64,000 nt of DNA, from the IMG/VR virus record IMGVR_UViG_3300007735_000926, positions 133,683 through 197,682 of that record; one strand, written 5' to 3'. Below, in pieces: positions 45,478 through 54,797 of the stretch (position 1 is its first letter; each line of letters begins with the position of its first letter). Below the pieces are notes generated by a model. It ran no database searches and was not told the DNA's origin. It was given only the letters and a program-made list of their open reading frames with translations. The translations under genes and the position numbers were made by a program. The stretch comes from a virus (lineage: Duplodnaviria > Heunggongvirae > Uroviricota > Caudoviricetes).

Positions 45478-45860
45478 TGATTTAGCAGTTCAGGATTTTC
45501 GAAGATGTTACCGTATACTATAGTCCGTGTTTTTACGATTCCCGAGGGGATCATATACATGCCCTCTTGGTTAGTAATTGTTTTAAAGATGAATGTGGCA
45601 TGCGGATCAGACCACTCAACTACATACATGATACCCATATCCATATGCAAGATATCACCTTCATATACGTCATTGCCTTCTTTATCTTTAAGCCCGGTGT
45701 ATTGTTGGATCACGAATCTACCATCTCCACAAATCTTTTGAGTGTCTAAATTCAAAACAATAGACAAAACATCATCATTTTTTTCTAAATGATGCACATT
45801 AGGGCTGTTGTATTGATACAGTTCTTTATCCCACACTCTGAATTTTATTTCTCTACCCAT
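45474..45860 (-). CDS. YopX-family protein
   Basis: MGREIKFRVWD ... QQYTGLKDKEGNDVYEGDIL. Confidence 0.55.
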   Translation of the reverse strand: MGREIKFRVWDKELYQYNSPNVHHLEKNDDVLSIVLNLDTQKICGDGRFVIQQYTGLKDKEGNDVYEGDILHMDMGIMYVVEWSDPHATFIFKTITNQEGMYMIPSGIVKTRTIVYGNIFENPELLNQ

Positions 45861-46207
45861 GATTCCATCAGTTCTGGATTTTCAAAGATGTTGCCGATTA
45901 CCTCTCCGTATAAACATGATCTATAAGTATCCATGAAATTTCCACCATATTTGCTGGTTAACATAAAAGAGCCGTATTGAAAATTAGCCTTTCCTAATGC
46001 CCCTTCATGTTCACCGTAGCCAACTTTCACAATATCTCCTTCGTAAATCTCCACACCGTTCTTGTCTTTTAGACCTGTGTATTGTAGCACCGTAAAATTT
46101 TCAGGAAATAGAAACTGTGGTAATTTATTCCAATTAAAAGGTCCAATGATACAATTAGTATCATTTTTATCATAAATTTTGAATTTAATTTCTCTCATAA
46201 TCGTCAC
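45845..46207 (-). CDS. YopX-family protein
   Basis: MREIKFKIYD ... LQYTGLKDKNGVEIYEGDIV. Confidence 0.55.
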   Translation of the reverse strand: MTIMREIKFKIYDKNDTNCIIGPFNWNKLPQFLFPENFTVLQYTGLKDKNGVEIYEGDIVKVGYGEHEGALGKANFQYGSFMLTSKYGGNFMDTYRSCLYGEVIGNIFENPELMESWVEK

Positions 46208-46550
46208 GGTATTCTTTCACGCCACATTCTTTACACTGATCCCAAAGAAGACCGATTCCTTTGTCTTGCCAGTCACCTTTCTTCATGAAATGACAATAGC
46301 CGTTGTCCTGCTTTGGGAACTGTTTGAACCTATCCCAAAAAGGACAAAGTTTAAACTTACCATCAACTCTCGTGTAGCAATAGTTTCCTTCAGGAATCAG
46401 ACGTTTACATTGATCATCAGTGAGATATGCAAGTGTCAATTCACAACCTTCATCCTTCAGATCAAGAATGTCTTGTGAGGTTACACCGATGTCCGACAAC
46501 ACTTGCGGATCAGCATGAGTGAAGTATCTTGATGTGTTGGGCGTGTGCAT
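46185..46550 (-). CDS. Cys-rich hypothetical protein
   Basis: 121 aa with 8 Cys. Confidence 0.4.
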   Translation of the reverse strand: MHTPNTSRYFTHADPQVLSDIGVTSQDILDLKDEGCELTLAYLTDDQCKRLIPEGNYCYTRVDGKFKLCPFWDRFKQFPKQDNGYCHFMKKGDWQDKGIGLLWDQCKECGVKEYRDDYERN

Positions 46551-46551
46551 T

Positions 46552-46752
46552 TTAACAAGTAACCTTTCGATTCAGATTTAAAGTAAATGGACTACAGCTT
46601 GGACACGGACAACTCAATGCATGAATACAATAGCTGCCGTCTGCTTTACGTCCAGTTCCATGACAGGCTGAACATGTTTTATGCAAGCATATCGGTCCTT
46701 GCTCATCAATTTTGCTTAGATCTATTGTGATTGTGTATGTCATGATTATCAA
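46552..46752 (-). CDS. Cys-rich small protein (zinc-ribbon-like)
   Basis: CLHKTCSACHGTGRKADGSYCIHALSCPCPSC. Confidence 0.35.
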   Translation of the reverse strand: MIIMTYTITIDLSKIDEQGPICLHKTCSACHGTGRKADGSYCIHALSCPCPSCSPFTLNLNRKVTC

Positions 46753-46955
46753 AATTCTGGATTTTCAAATGTAATTGAATGTGGACCGTCGATACACTTC
46801 AACCAATCAGGGTAACTCCCATACATGGGATCATCATAATCGTCTCCGTATTGAATGTCAATCCATTTCTGGAACTCGTCTCTCATTTCAAGAGGGAAAT
46901 AATACCAGTGAGCATCATCGTCACAATCAATGATATATTTTTGTCTGTTGGTCAT
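46749..46955 (-). CDS. hypothetical protein
   Basis: 68 aa. Confidence 0.35.
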   Translation of the reverse strand: MTNRQKYIIDCDDDAHWYYFPLEMRDEFQKWIDIQYGDDYDDPMYGSYPDWLKCIDGPHSITFENPEF

Positions 46956-47200
46956 TTAATCAATCCAATTACGGTGCATTGCACCAATCGTTTTTGAAAT
47001 TCTTTGTAAGAAATTGGCGTATCCATAGTCACGCCATCATCGTAACGCCATCCATCAGGATCAAGAATGGTAACATTTTCATCTTTTAGCCATTCATGCG
47101 CCGACTTTTTAGCAAAAATCCGATCATAATTTTCACGACCAGCAGCAGTTAGGGCTTTTGATTTGATTTCATCTCCTGTGATATTGTTTGTAGTTGCCAT
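46952..47200 (-). CDS. hypothetical protein
   Basis: 82 aa. Confidence 0.35.
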   Translation of the reverse strand: MATTNNITGDEIKSKALTAAGRENYDRIFAKKSAHEWLKDENVTILDPDGWRYDDGVTMDTPISYKEFQKRLVQCTVIGLIK

Positions 47201-47212
47201 GGAAATGATGGA

Positions 47213-47731
47213 TCAGATTCTCCTGAAATCGGTGATAGTTCTCTCGTAAGGCTCGACCTGATGAATATCGTCCAACTCCAATTCTCTACCATTGTAGGAC
47301 TCGTAATAACCCGGAATCAACCAAAAAGTTTCATTGATATCATTCTGAGTAACAGACAATACCACGTAATGATCTGATCCATCTCCTTCACCTCCACCAT
47401 GTTTATAAAAACATTTAATAACCCAACCATCACCGAATTCAAGAGGAGTGTAATCAATTCCATACACACCCACTGTATATTTCAAATTCTTAAAATAATG
47501 CAAATTAGCAGAATTATCAGACATTTTAATGACTTCGATCAGGTTATAAGCAGAAGGATGCCAATCTTTGAACTTATCTTTTGCTTCAAGTTCAGCTTTG
47601 ATTTTTTTCTGCCTTTCGATTTCATCATTGATAGCCTTTTGTTGCTTCTTTTTAGCAATTTCAAGTTCTTTCAGTTGATTCTGAAGTGTTTCGATGGCAT
47701 CATCGATATTGATAGTAGCTTTAAGTTTCAT
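47213..47731 (-). CDS. coiled-coil + globular domain protein; paralog of 49202-49723
   Basis: Shared C-terminal YFKNL.Y...Y.ID....LEFGD.WVIKC.Y.HGGGEG.GS..YVVLSV.QN...ETFW..PG.YESYNG.E.ELD...QVEPY. Confidence 0.5.
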   Translation of the reverse strand: MKLKATINIDDAIETLQNQLKELEIAKKKQQKAINDEIERQKKIKAELEAKDKFKDWHPSAYNLIEVIKMSDNSANLHYFKNLKYTVGVYGIDYTPLEFGDGWVIKCFYKHGGGEGDGSDHYVVLSVTQNDINETFWLIPGYYESYNGRELELDDIHQVEPYERTITDFRRI

Positions 47732-47756
47732 ATTTTTAATTTATTTATTGGATTGA

Positions 47757-48512
47757 TTACGCGAAATACTTGCGACCATCAAGAATGATTTGTGCCGCCA
47801 GTTCTTCATCAAATTTATACTCTACTTCCGTATTGTCAATAGTCTTTTCTAGTTTTTGGAACTCTTCGTTCACAAAAGCTTCAAGCTGCTCTCTTGTATA
47901 TTTCTCAGGAACAGTTTTGATATCCATTAGAAAATTGTGATACTCTGGATCAAATTCTTTGACATTGACCATGTATCGACCATCTGTGAAAAATTCGATA
48001 CCCACTTTGCAAAGACGCAAAATTTGAACGAAATTCTTAGGGCTGAATCCATATTCAGTAACTGCCTTTTTACGCTTACCGCCAAGCTGTCCACTTCGTT
48101 CTCCAGTAGCCAGTTTAAGTTCGCTAAACACATAACCTTTGAGACTTTGCTTGAGAACAGAAGTTTCAATCAAATTGTATTTGTTATCACGAATAACATC
48201 AAAGTGTGGATGTTTGAAAACAAATGAACTTTCAGGAGCGAACAAAATTTCAAGAACTTGGGTATTGCTCTTTCGAAGCAGCTTGAGATACCTAGTCAAT
48301 TCGTAATAGGTAGCGTCAACATCTCCCGTTTGAACAATACTGTCAATCGTGTTTAGATTGGCAAGATACTTTGGATCGGTGGCCACGAAAAGTCCACGAT
48401 AATCAATATCGCTTGTAGGTGTATTAAGACCGTAGAGATTTGATCCGCCGACGATCTGAACGATAAGTTCACCCCCGCATTTTTTAAAAGTTTCGTGTTC
48501 AGTGATGTTCAT
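47757..48512 (-). CDS. predicted nucleotidyltransferase (pol-beta superfamily GS...DxD)
   Basis: IVGGSNLYGLNTPTSDIDYRGLFV. Confidence 0.5.
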   Translation of the reverse strand: MNITEHETFKKCGGELIVQIVGGSNLYGLNTPTSDIDYRGLFVATDPKYLANLNTIDSIVQTGDVDATYYELTRYLKLLRKSNTQVLEILFAPESSFVFKHPHFDVIRDNKYNLIETSVLKQSLKGYVFSELKLATGERSGQLGGKRKKAVTEYGFSPKNFVQILRLCKVGIEFFTDGRYMVNVKEFDPEYHNFLMDIKTVPEKYTREQLEAFVNEEFQKLEKTIDNTEVEYKFDEELAAQIILDGRKYFA

Positions 48513-48532
48513 TGTGGTGCTTGTATTGTATG

Positions 48533-49198
48533 CTAGTTTTTATAAATGACACTGGTGAATCCATTTTTTGCAGCTTCTTCTGGACTGAGAGTGGCATACC
48601 ACGATCTTTTTTTACAAAGAGTTGCTCGGGTTCCCGTATTTTGACAAATGGTTGATGATAAATATTCAGCAAAGCTGACCATTCCAGCAACTTTAGCATC
48701 ACCACCTTCGTAGTAAAAGCGAAGTTGTCCAAACTTTTCTTTGATTTGATGAATGGTTACAGGAGCGACAGGTACAGTATCCCATTTGTAGTATGGATAA
48801 AATATTTTTTGAATCTTTCGTAATTTTTCAACGATTGCAAATTCCCGTTTGTATTTTTCGTTCAGAGCAGCACGAGCAGACACAGAGAGTAGGAGTGTCT
48901 TATATTCAGGCTTGTTGTAGGGATTGTATTTCCTATACAAAGGGTCGTATATTTTACTAAAAATATTTTTGTAAAACCATTGTTTTACAAGACGCAATGG
49001 TTTACGCTTTTCAATATAGACCAATTGCAAGCAACAATATGTGCTTATTGCTTTGCAAAGGTCTTTTACCAAATTCTCCCAACCAACAGGACACCAAATA
49101 CCACAAGACGGTGCAGTTGGGTTACCATCGCTATCTTTTGGGAACAGCGTTGGATACGTTTTGATCAGATATTGATCAAATGGAATTTGTGAGTTCAT
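48533..49198 (-). CDS. hypothetical protein
   Basis: 221 aa; motif-variant upstream. Confidence 0.4.
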   Translation of the reverse strand: MNSQIPFDQYLIKTYPTLFPKDSDGNPTAPSCGIWCPVGWENLVKDLCKAISTYCCLQLVYIEKRKPLRLVKQWFYKNIFSKIYDPLYRKYNPYNKPEYKTLLLSVSARAALNEKYKREFAIVEKLRKIQKIFYPYYKWDTVPVAPVTIHQIKEKFGQLRFYYEGGDAKVAGMVSFAEYLSSTICQNTGTRATLCKKRSWYATLSPEEAAKNGFTSVIYKN

Positions 49199-49201
49199 TG
49201 C

Positions 49202-49723
49202 TTAAATCTTGCGGTAAGCAGTCACCATCTTCTGGTAAGGTTCAACCTGATACAGCGAATCCAATTCAAACTCTGAGCCATTGTAGGATTCATACCAACC
49301 CGGCACCATCCAAAATGTTTCGTTGGCTCCGTTTTGAGAAACAGACAACACAACATAACGTTCTGATCCAGAACCTTCGCCTCCACCATGAGAATAATGG
49401 CATTTAATGACCCAATTATCTCCGAATTCAAGAGAAGTGCCATCATCAATATCATAAATACTTGTTTCATATGGCAAATTCTTGAAATACTTCAAGTTTT
49501 CAGTTTCGTTAGCCATTTGAATAACATCGATGATGTTTGACTTGGTAGGAATCCATCCGTTAAACTTGGTCTGTAATTCTAGTTCTGCCTTGAGCTTTTC
49601 CTGACGAGCAATTTCATCATTAATAGTGTCTACTAATTCCTTCTTAGCAACCTCAATTTCAGCAAGTTGCTTCTTGAGATTTGTGATGTTGTTGTCGATG
49701 ATTTGTGGAGTATCAATTTTCAT
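49202..49723 (-). CDS. paralog of 47213-47731
   Basis: See 47213-47731. Confidence 0.5.
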   Translation of the reverse strand: MKIDTPQIIDNNITNLKKQLAEIEVAKKELVDTINDEIARQEKLKAELELQTKFNGWIPTKSNIIDVIQMANETENLKYFKNLPYETSIYDIDDGTSLEFGDNWVIKCHYSHGGGEGSGSERYVVLSVSQNGANETFWMVPGWYESYNGSEFELDSLYQVEPYQKMVTAYRKI

Positions 49724-50495
49724 ATTTTCTTAGTTTGTTTTGAGATTCAGCTTGTTTGAATTTTTGGATATATTCTTTATCTTTGCAACCTGTCAGATGT
49801 TGGAAATTATCCAAAATGAAGAATTTAAACCATCCAGATGACATCGTAGTTGCAAGCTTTTTTAGACTCTGACCATAAGCGGCAGCGTGTCCACATGTAA
49901 AGTCCGATGGAATATGATAACGCTCAAGAGCAGTTACCCACACTTCTTCTTTTACTAAGAGTATTTTATCATCGAATCGCAATTTGTCAAATCCTGATTG
50001 AGAGCAATTGACACCTTCAACGATCAGCTTTTCATAAAGCGGTTTGTCGTAAACTGCAACAGCTTCGTGAATGTCATCGTGAACATATTTGCGAGTTACT
50101 GCATCTTCAAAGAATGTAGTGCTGGTTTTGTTCTTGAGACTTGCCCACTTTTTACCATGCACGCCAATCCAGTCTTTGACAAGACTGTAATACAATGGCT
50201 TGTCAACTACACAACCTTTATTTTTAAGGAACAAAATATCAGACATTGTTTTCTGCCAATGAATGTCCCAGCCTGCATGACTCATTTTGAGCGTCAACAG
50301 AAAGTTAGGATCAATGTAGATGTTGCTCTTGTTGTTATCAAGAATGTATTGAAAGCTATCAACCCAATAATGCTGAACTTCCTTTGTCATATGAGAAGTT
50401 TTTGAAATAACATCAAGGTCTTTCGGCGTTCTCTTGAAATCCGGGAACCATGCTGACATTGCATGCGATCCGATGATTAGTGTTTCTCTAGGCAT
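49713..50495 (-). CDS. predicted minimal nucleotidyltransferase (GS...DLD motif)
   Basis: IIGSHAMSAWFPDFKRTPKDLDVISK. Confidence 0.4.
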   Translation of the reverse strand: MPRETLIIGSHAMSAWFPDFKRTPKDLDVISKTSHMTKEVQHYWVDSFQYILDNNKSNIYIDPNFLLTLKMSHAGWDIHWQKTMSDILFLKNKGCVVDKPLYYSLVKDWIGVHGKKWASLKNKTSTTFFEDAVTRKYVHDDIHEAVAVYDKPLYEKLIVEGVNCSQSGFDKLRFDDKILLVKEEVWVTALERYHIPSDFTCGHAAAYGQSLKKLATTMSSGWFKFFILDNFQHLTGCKDKEYIQKFKQAESQNKLRKYEN

Positions 50496-50521
50496 GTTGG
50501 TATTCTAGTGCAGTGTTTAAT

Positions 50522-50908
50522 TCATGTCCAGAGATAACCGGAATACTTAACGATTGTAGCCATGGCATCCATATCTTTTTTATCCATATCTTCATACACT
50601 TTCCAATTGTAGTTTTCTTCAAGAGCTTTACGTTCGTTTTTGATATAGTTGTAAACCCTACGAAGCTCTCCGTCAACAGCTTTGACATTATCGATGTATT
50701 GTTGATCAATATGCCCTGCTGCGAGTTCAGCAGAAAAATCAATCTGGTCCTGTAGACCCTCTTCATTCTCAACGTAGTCGATGAGAATTTCAAATAGAAC
50801 AAGCTGAATCAGTTCAGGTTTGTCCATCCAATGATTGGGAATCTTGTTGGTCAACCAGCGTTGCTTAGGAAAGAAAAAATCTTTAATTGATGACCAAATG
50901 CTTTTCAT
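50522..50908 (-). CDS. hypothetical protein
   Basis: 128 aa. Confidence 0.4.
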   Translation of the reverse strand: MKSIWSSIKDFFFPKQRWLTNKIPNHWMDKPELIQLVLFEILIDYVENEEGLQDQIDFSAELAAGHIDQQYIDNVKAVDGELRRVYNYIKNERKALEENYNWKVYEDMDKKDMDAMATIVKYSGYLWT

Positions 50909-51086
50909 TTTTGTATTTGAATGATATTTCGATATTGTTGTTGCTCATTTCTTTGATCCATTCAATGTGTGGTTCAAGCACACTAAATGGTTCACCACCT
51001 GCTTCAAGTATGGCAACTGCCATATTTTTGAAGTTTTCAAAAAACAATTGATCTGATGCAGTGTCTAGTAAATTATTGTCGCACAT
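50883..51086 (-). CDS. hypothetical protein
   Basis: 67 aa. Confidence 0.3.
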   Translation of the reverse strand: MCDNNLLDTASDQLFFENFKNMAVAILEAGGEPFSVLEPHIEWIKEMSNNNIEISFKYKNEKHLVIN

Positions 51087-51143
51087 AAAAAAGGGGTTGC
51101 GAATATAATACTCACAACCCCTTAATTTGTCAAGCTTTATTGT

Positions 51144-52433
51144 TTACTTGGTCTGCACAGTCGGAACCTTCATTGCATCAAGGTATCCGTTCTGCTTGAG
51201 AAGCAGAAGATTGATAAGCTCGCTCTGAGTAGCGGAACCACCCTTACCATCAGCACCGTTAGAACCGCTGATGACGATCTGTGGAACATTCACCTTAGCA
51301 AGAGCAGAGGCAACACCAATGGCGGTTTCACGTTGGGTTTCAAGAGTTACCTTGTCCTTTTCGGTGATGGCACCAGCCTGTGCAATACGATCCTTTTCAG
51401 CTTCTGCCAGAATTCGAATCTTTTCAGCGTTTTCAGTCGCAGCTTCCTTGTCAAGCTTTGCAACAGACAGCTTCATCGCAGCTTCAGTTTCAGCAGTTTC
51501 CTTTTGCTTCAATGCAACCGCAAGAATCTTGGCAGCTTCAGTTTCAGCAACTTCCTTTTCCTTCATCGCAGTGATGACAGCCTGTGCCTTTTCAAGGTTA
51601 GACTTGGCTTCGGTTTCAGCCTTCTCACGAAGACCCTTCTCGATAACCATCAGCTTTTGCTGAACTTCGCCTTCACGTTGCGCCTTTGCACTTTCAGCCT
51701 GAAGGAATGCATCCTTCTTGGTATTGAACTGCTTGCGAGTCTGTTCATCATACTCAGTTTCAGTAATCGAGAACTGAGTAACAGTTACACCATATTGAGC
51801 AAGTGGACTCTTCTGTGAAATGACAGGTTTGCCAGTCTTAGCGTCTCGAACAATTTCAGTTGCAGTTACACGAACCTTATTGCCCTTTTCGTCAAGCTGA
51901 TCCAACTCTCGTTCAACACGACGCATTTCATACAGACCATCGTTAAGCTGATCAAGAACAACAGTATTGAACTCACTCTTACGAGACGATTGGTTTTCTG
52001 ATGCACTCATAAGAGGTCCAGAAGCCTTGATCACGTTTGAAAGGTGTGCCCAAACAGCAGTCTTGATGTTGGCGATGTTGCCACTAAACTGACGATGGAA
52101 TTCACGCTTCTGATCAACAGTGGTTGGAAGAGCAATACGAAGCGTAGCATCGATATCAGCGGTTCCACCATCATTGAACGTCACACGGGTAGACTCATCA
52201 GTTGGCGATTCCTTAGTGGCCTTCTTGTAAAAGCCGAGAGGAAGATTTCGTGGATATTCAGTCACCTTGGGGAAGAATGCGAAATAGACACCAGCGGAAT
52301 CTTTAATTTCAACTTCACCGTTGATGTATTGAACAGCTTGCCATTCAGTATCATCAACCTTGTGAATAAGGTTGGAAGATAGGGTGGCGAGGATAGCAAC
52401 GCCAATTACAGTTAGAATTAGTTTCAGTTTCAT
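51144..52433 (-). CDS. SPFH/band-7 (stomatin/prohibitin/flotillin-like) membrane protein with long C-terminal coiled coil
   Basis: N-terminal TM helix, SPFH-like core, then EA-rich heptad segment KEKEVAETEAAKILAVALKQKETAETEAAMKL. Confidence 0.5.
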   Translation of the reverse strand: MKLKLILTVIGVAILATLSSNLIHKVDDTEWQAVQYINGEVEIKDSAGVYFAFFPKVTEYPRNLPLGFYKKATKESPTDESTRVTFNDGGTADIDATLRIALPTTVDQKREFHRQFSGNIANIKTAVWAHLSNVIKASGPLMSASENQSSRKSEFNTVVLDQLNDGLYEMRRVERELDQLDEKGNKVRVTATEIVRDAKTGKPVISQKSPLAQYGVTVTQFSITETEYDEQTRKQFNTKKDAFLQAESAKAQREGEVQQKLMVIEKGLREKAETEAKSNLEKAQAVITAMKEKEVAETEAAKILAVALKQKETAETEAAMKLSVAKLDKEAATENAEKIRILAEAEKDRIAQAGAITEKDKVTLETQRETAIGVASALAKVNVPQIVISGSNGADGKGGSATQSELINLLLLKQNGYLDAMKVPTVQTK

Positions 52434-52717
52434 TCGTTTGTTTTATTTTGTTTTGGTTTTTTTGAGTTGGACTTTGCAATCCGTTCCTTGATTTTGGTAA
52501 CGGTTACAATGTTTTCCTCAAGAAATTGTTTCTCTTTGGCTAGATGTTGAATTCGTTCAGATGCAATCTGCTCGATATGATCGACATTCTTCTCGATAAT
52601 CTTGTCTTGCTTTTTTCGAAAAGCGGCAACAATCATATCAAGAAAATTGGTAAACCAAATGACGTAAATCAACCCAGCGGTCAATCCAATTGAGAATAGG
52701 AAGCGTATAATGTTCAT
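52430..52717 (-). CDS. small membrane protein translationally coupled to SPFH gene (ATGA overlap)
   Basis: N-terminal TM LFSIGLTAGLIYVIWFTNF, charged C-terminus. Confidence 0.4.
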   Translation of the reverse strand: MNIIRFLFSIGLTAGLIYVIWFTNFLDMIVAAFRKKQDKIIEKNVDHIEQIASERIQHLAKEKQFLEENIVTVTKIKERIAKSNSKKPKQNKTNE

Positions 52718-52750
52718 AGTGTTTGAGATGTTTGCAGTTTAGGTCAGTGT

Positions 52751-53290
52751 TTAATTAGCGGTTCTTTCAATGAGAAACTCTTTAACATCTTCCTCAAAAG
52801 GATCTTCGGGAAAATTAACACCGTAATAATCATCAATTTTCAGATAATTTGTGTCCTGAGTTTTTTGAATTCCGATGAATTGAATCTTACCTTCATTTTG
52901 GCGTCGTGGCAGATTGTCGATCAGCACATTGTTTGGATTGGCATATTCATGGGGAATAATGGAACCATATCTACCACCATACGCTGTTGAAACCCAAACC
53001 ATACTAGCTTCTTGATCTTCTCTAGCGAAGATGTCATTAGGATCAAATCCCCAGCCAGCAAGCTCATTAACCTTTTCAGCATAATCTCTTGTTGCTGTGG
53101 TCAGAATATGGACATTTTCCTCTCCAACCAGTTCACGGCTGAATCTGATCAGTTCATGACTGCATGGACGAATGATGGTGTAGTATGTATAACTATCACC
53201 AAGAGAAAATGCTACATGATCTTGCTTTGGATCATCTAAAAGCGTGTGGATAAGAGTTTCGTCAATATCCCAAAAAATTTTATTTATCAT
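52751..53290 (-). CDS. HAD-superfamily phosphatase, FCP1/NIF-like
   Basis: IFWDIDETLIHT (DxDxT) motif; start taken at internal ATG (MINKIFWD). Confidence 0.5.
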   Translation of the reverse strand: MINKIFWDIDETLIHTLLDDPKQDHVAFSLGDSYTYYTIIRPCSHELIRFSRELVGEENVHILTTATRDYAEKVNELAGWGFDPNDIFAREDQEASMVWVSTAYGGRYGSIIPHEYANPNNVLIDNLPRRQNEGKIQFIGIQKTQDTNYLKIDDYYGVNFPEDPFEEDVKEFLIERTAN

Positions 53291-53300
53291 GTTTTTATTT

Positions 53301-53741
53301 TTACGATTTTGTGTGCCAGAGTTGCTCAAGAACTTCTTTGATGTTCTTTGCTCCCCATTGGTTTGCGCTATGGACGTAGCAGATTGGAGTCTTGATCCTA
53401 CCACCCTCGTTCCATTTGTCAATCAAATATTCAGCACAGTGTTTACCAGTTGGAATTTTTAAATTACCATATTCAACCACACCAGTCAAACTTGTAACTG
53501 AAAAATAATGATCCATATGTTCCGTATGTAAATCATGATCAAAGCTGATCACATCAGGAATTCCATTCTTTTCAATATACGCTACAAACTCTGCATAAGA
53601 GCGAACAATATCCCAATTGCCATTTGGAATGCCTGAAATATTCTCAAGTGATTTACCAGAAATAATTTGCTTCTTATCGTCTCGTCTTGGGTAAATCCAA
53701 GCGTCTTTCGGTTTTCTTATATCATCGAGGAATACGTTCAT
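53301..53741 (-). CDS. hypothetical protein
   Basis: 146 aa. Confidence 0.4.
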   Translation of the reverse strand: MNVFLDDIRKPKDAWIYPRRDDKKQIISGKSLENISGIPNGNWDIVRSYAEFVAYIEKNGIPDVISFDHDLHTEHMDHYFSVTSLTGVVEYGNLKIPTGKHCAEYLIDKWNEGGRIKTPICYVHSANQWGAKNIKEVLEQLWHTKS

Positions 53742-54214
53742 AGTAATAAATGGTTGAATGATTTTTTAACAATGTGTGGAGCTAATATATTTGCCTGTTG
53801 CTCCCATGGCTGTGTTCTGTATCTTTTATAAACAGTATGTGAACTTCCGTAGTATTTTTTACCTTTCCACAATTTTTCTTCTGTAAATGGGATGAGTTGT
53901 AATTGTTTTGTATGCAGCTGTTGAATATGAATAATTTCATGGGCTAACGTTTTAAACATTTTATTAACATCTTCATTAGATCTTAATAAATTCATATGAT
54001 ACGCATTAATACAAATTAGTTCTTTTTTAGCATATGCGATCACATTAAATGGATTGAATCGGAATATTTGAACCTCTACCTCATTTGGCAACTTTAATTT
54101 TATATCAATTGGGCAATTTAATGAATTTATAAAATATTCGATATAAGGAATTGCTGTGCAATATCCTGTGATATTATCTTTTCTAGTTACATTAAAATTT
54201 ACTAACATTACCAA
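53738..54214 (-). CDS. putative zinc metallopeptidase (HExxH)
   Basis: LAHEIIHIQQ motif. Confidence 0.35.
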   Translation of the reverse strand: MVMLVNFNVTRKDNITGYCTAIPYIEYFINSLNCPIDIKLKLPNEVEVQIFRFNPFNVIAYAKKELICINAYHMNLLRSNEDVNKMFKTLAHEIIHIQQLHTKQLQLIPFTEEKLWKGKKYYGSSHTVYKRYRTQPWEQQANILAPHIVKKSFNHLLL

Positions 54215-54530
54215 AATTTATTAAAAAATTCTAAGTGTTTTAATTATCAGGATGTAAATTGCTACGTAAGTGAGTGCCGCTAATAGTATCGAAGTTCCAA
54301 TGATGGTCAGCACCCAACCCCACAACGGAAGTGATAGTGTAAATGTTTGTGTTAAAAAGTCAATCATACATCATTCAAAGGGTTGAATCCTTTAATTTCT
54401 CCACAAGTTACACATTGGCATTCATAAATGAAAAAACGTCCCTCTTCATCGGTATTAACTGTTCTTTCTTTTATAATTACCCATTTATGTTCATGCCAAG
54501 AACCAGTAAATAAAAATTTTAGCAATCTGA

Positions 54531-54797
54531 TCATAATCCATCCCGTCCTTCGAACTGTTCACAATCCTTTTTATTTTGTGCTAGAATTTCAGCAGCCTTT
54601 TTGAATTTAGCATGCTGTTCTTCGTTCATAGCATTCATAAAGTTTTTCAGGTCTTGAGAAAATTCTTCTACCGTAACATGAGGAGATACAGACGAAGGAA
54701 TTTCGCCTTTGAGTTTTACGATTGGTGAGTGTTTTGCATTCATATTATTCTTCAAATTTAATAACGTCCAACTTAAGCTCTTCTTTAAGCTGTTCAA
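54531..54797 (-). CDS. hypothetical protein
   Basis: 88 aa. Confidence 0.35.
   Translation of the reverse strand: MNSLKKSLSWTLLNLKNNMNAKHSPIVKLKGEIPSSVSPHVTVEEFSQDLKNFMNAMNEEQHAKFKKAAEILAQNKKDCEQFEGRDGL

Noticed and set aside
51271-51818. Plus-strand ORFs inside SPFH gene
   Set aside because: Antisense frames kept open by the EA-rich coiled-coil repeat coding sequence.
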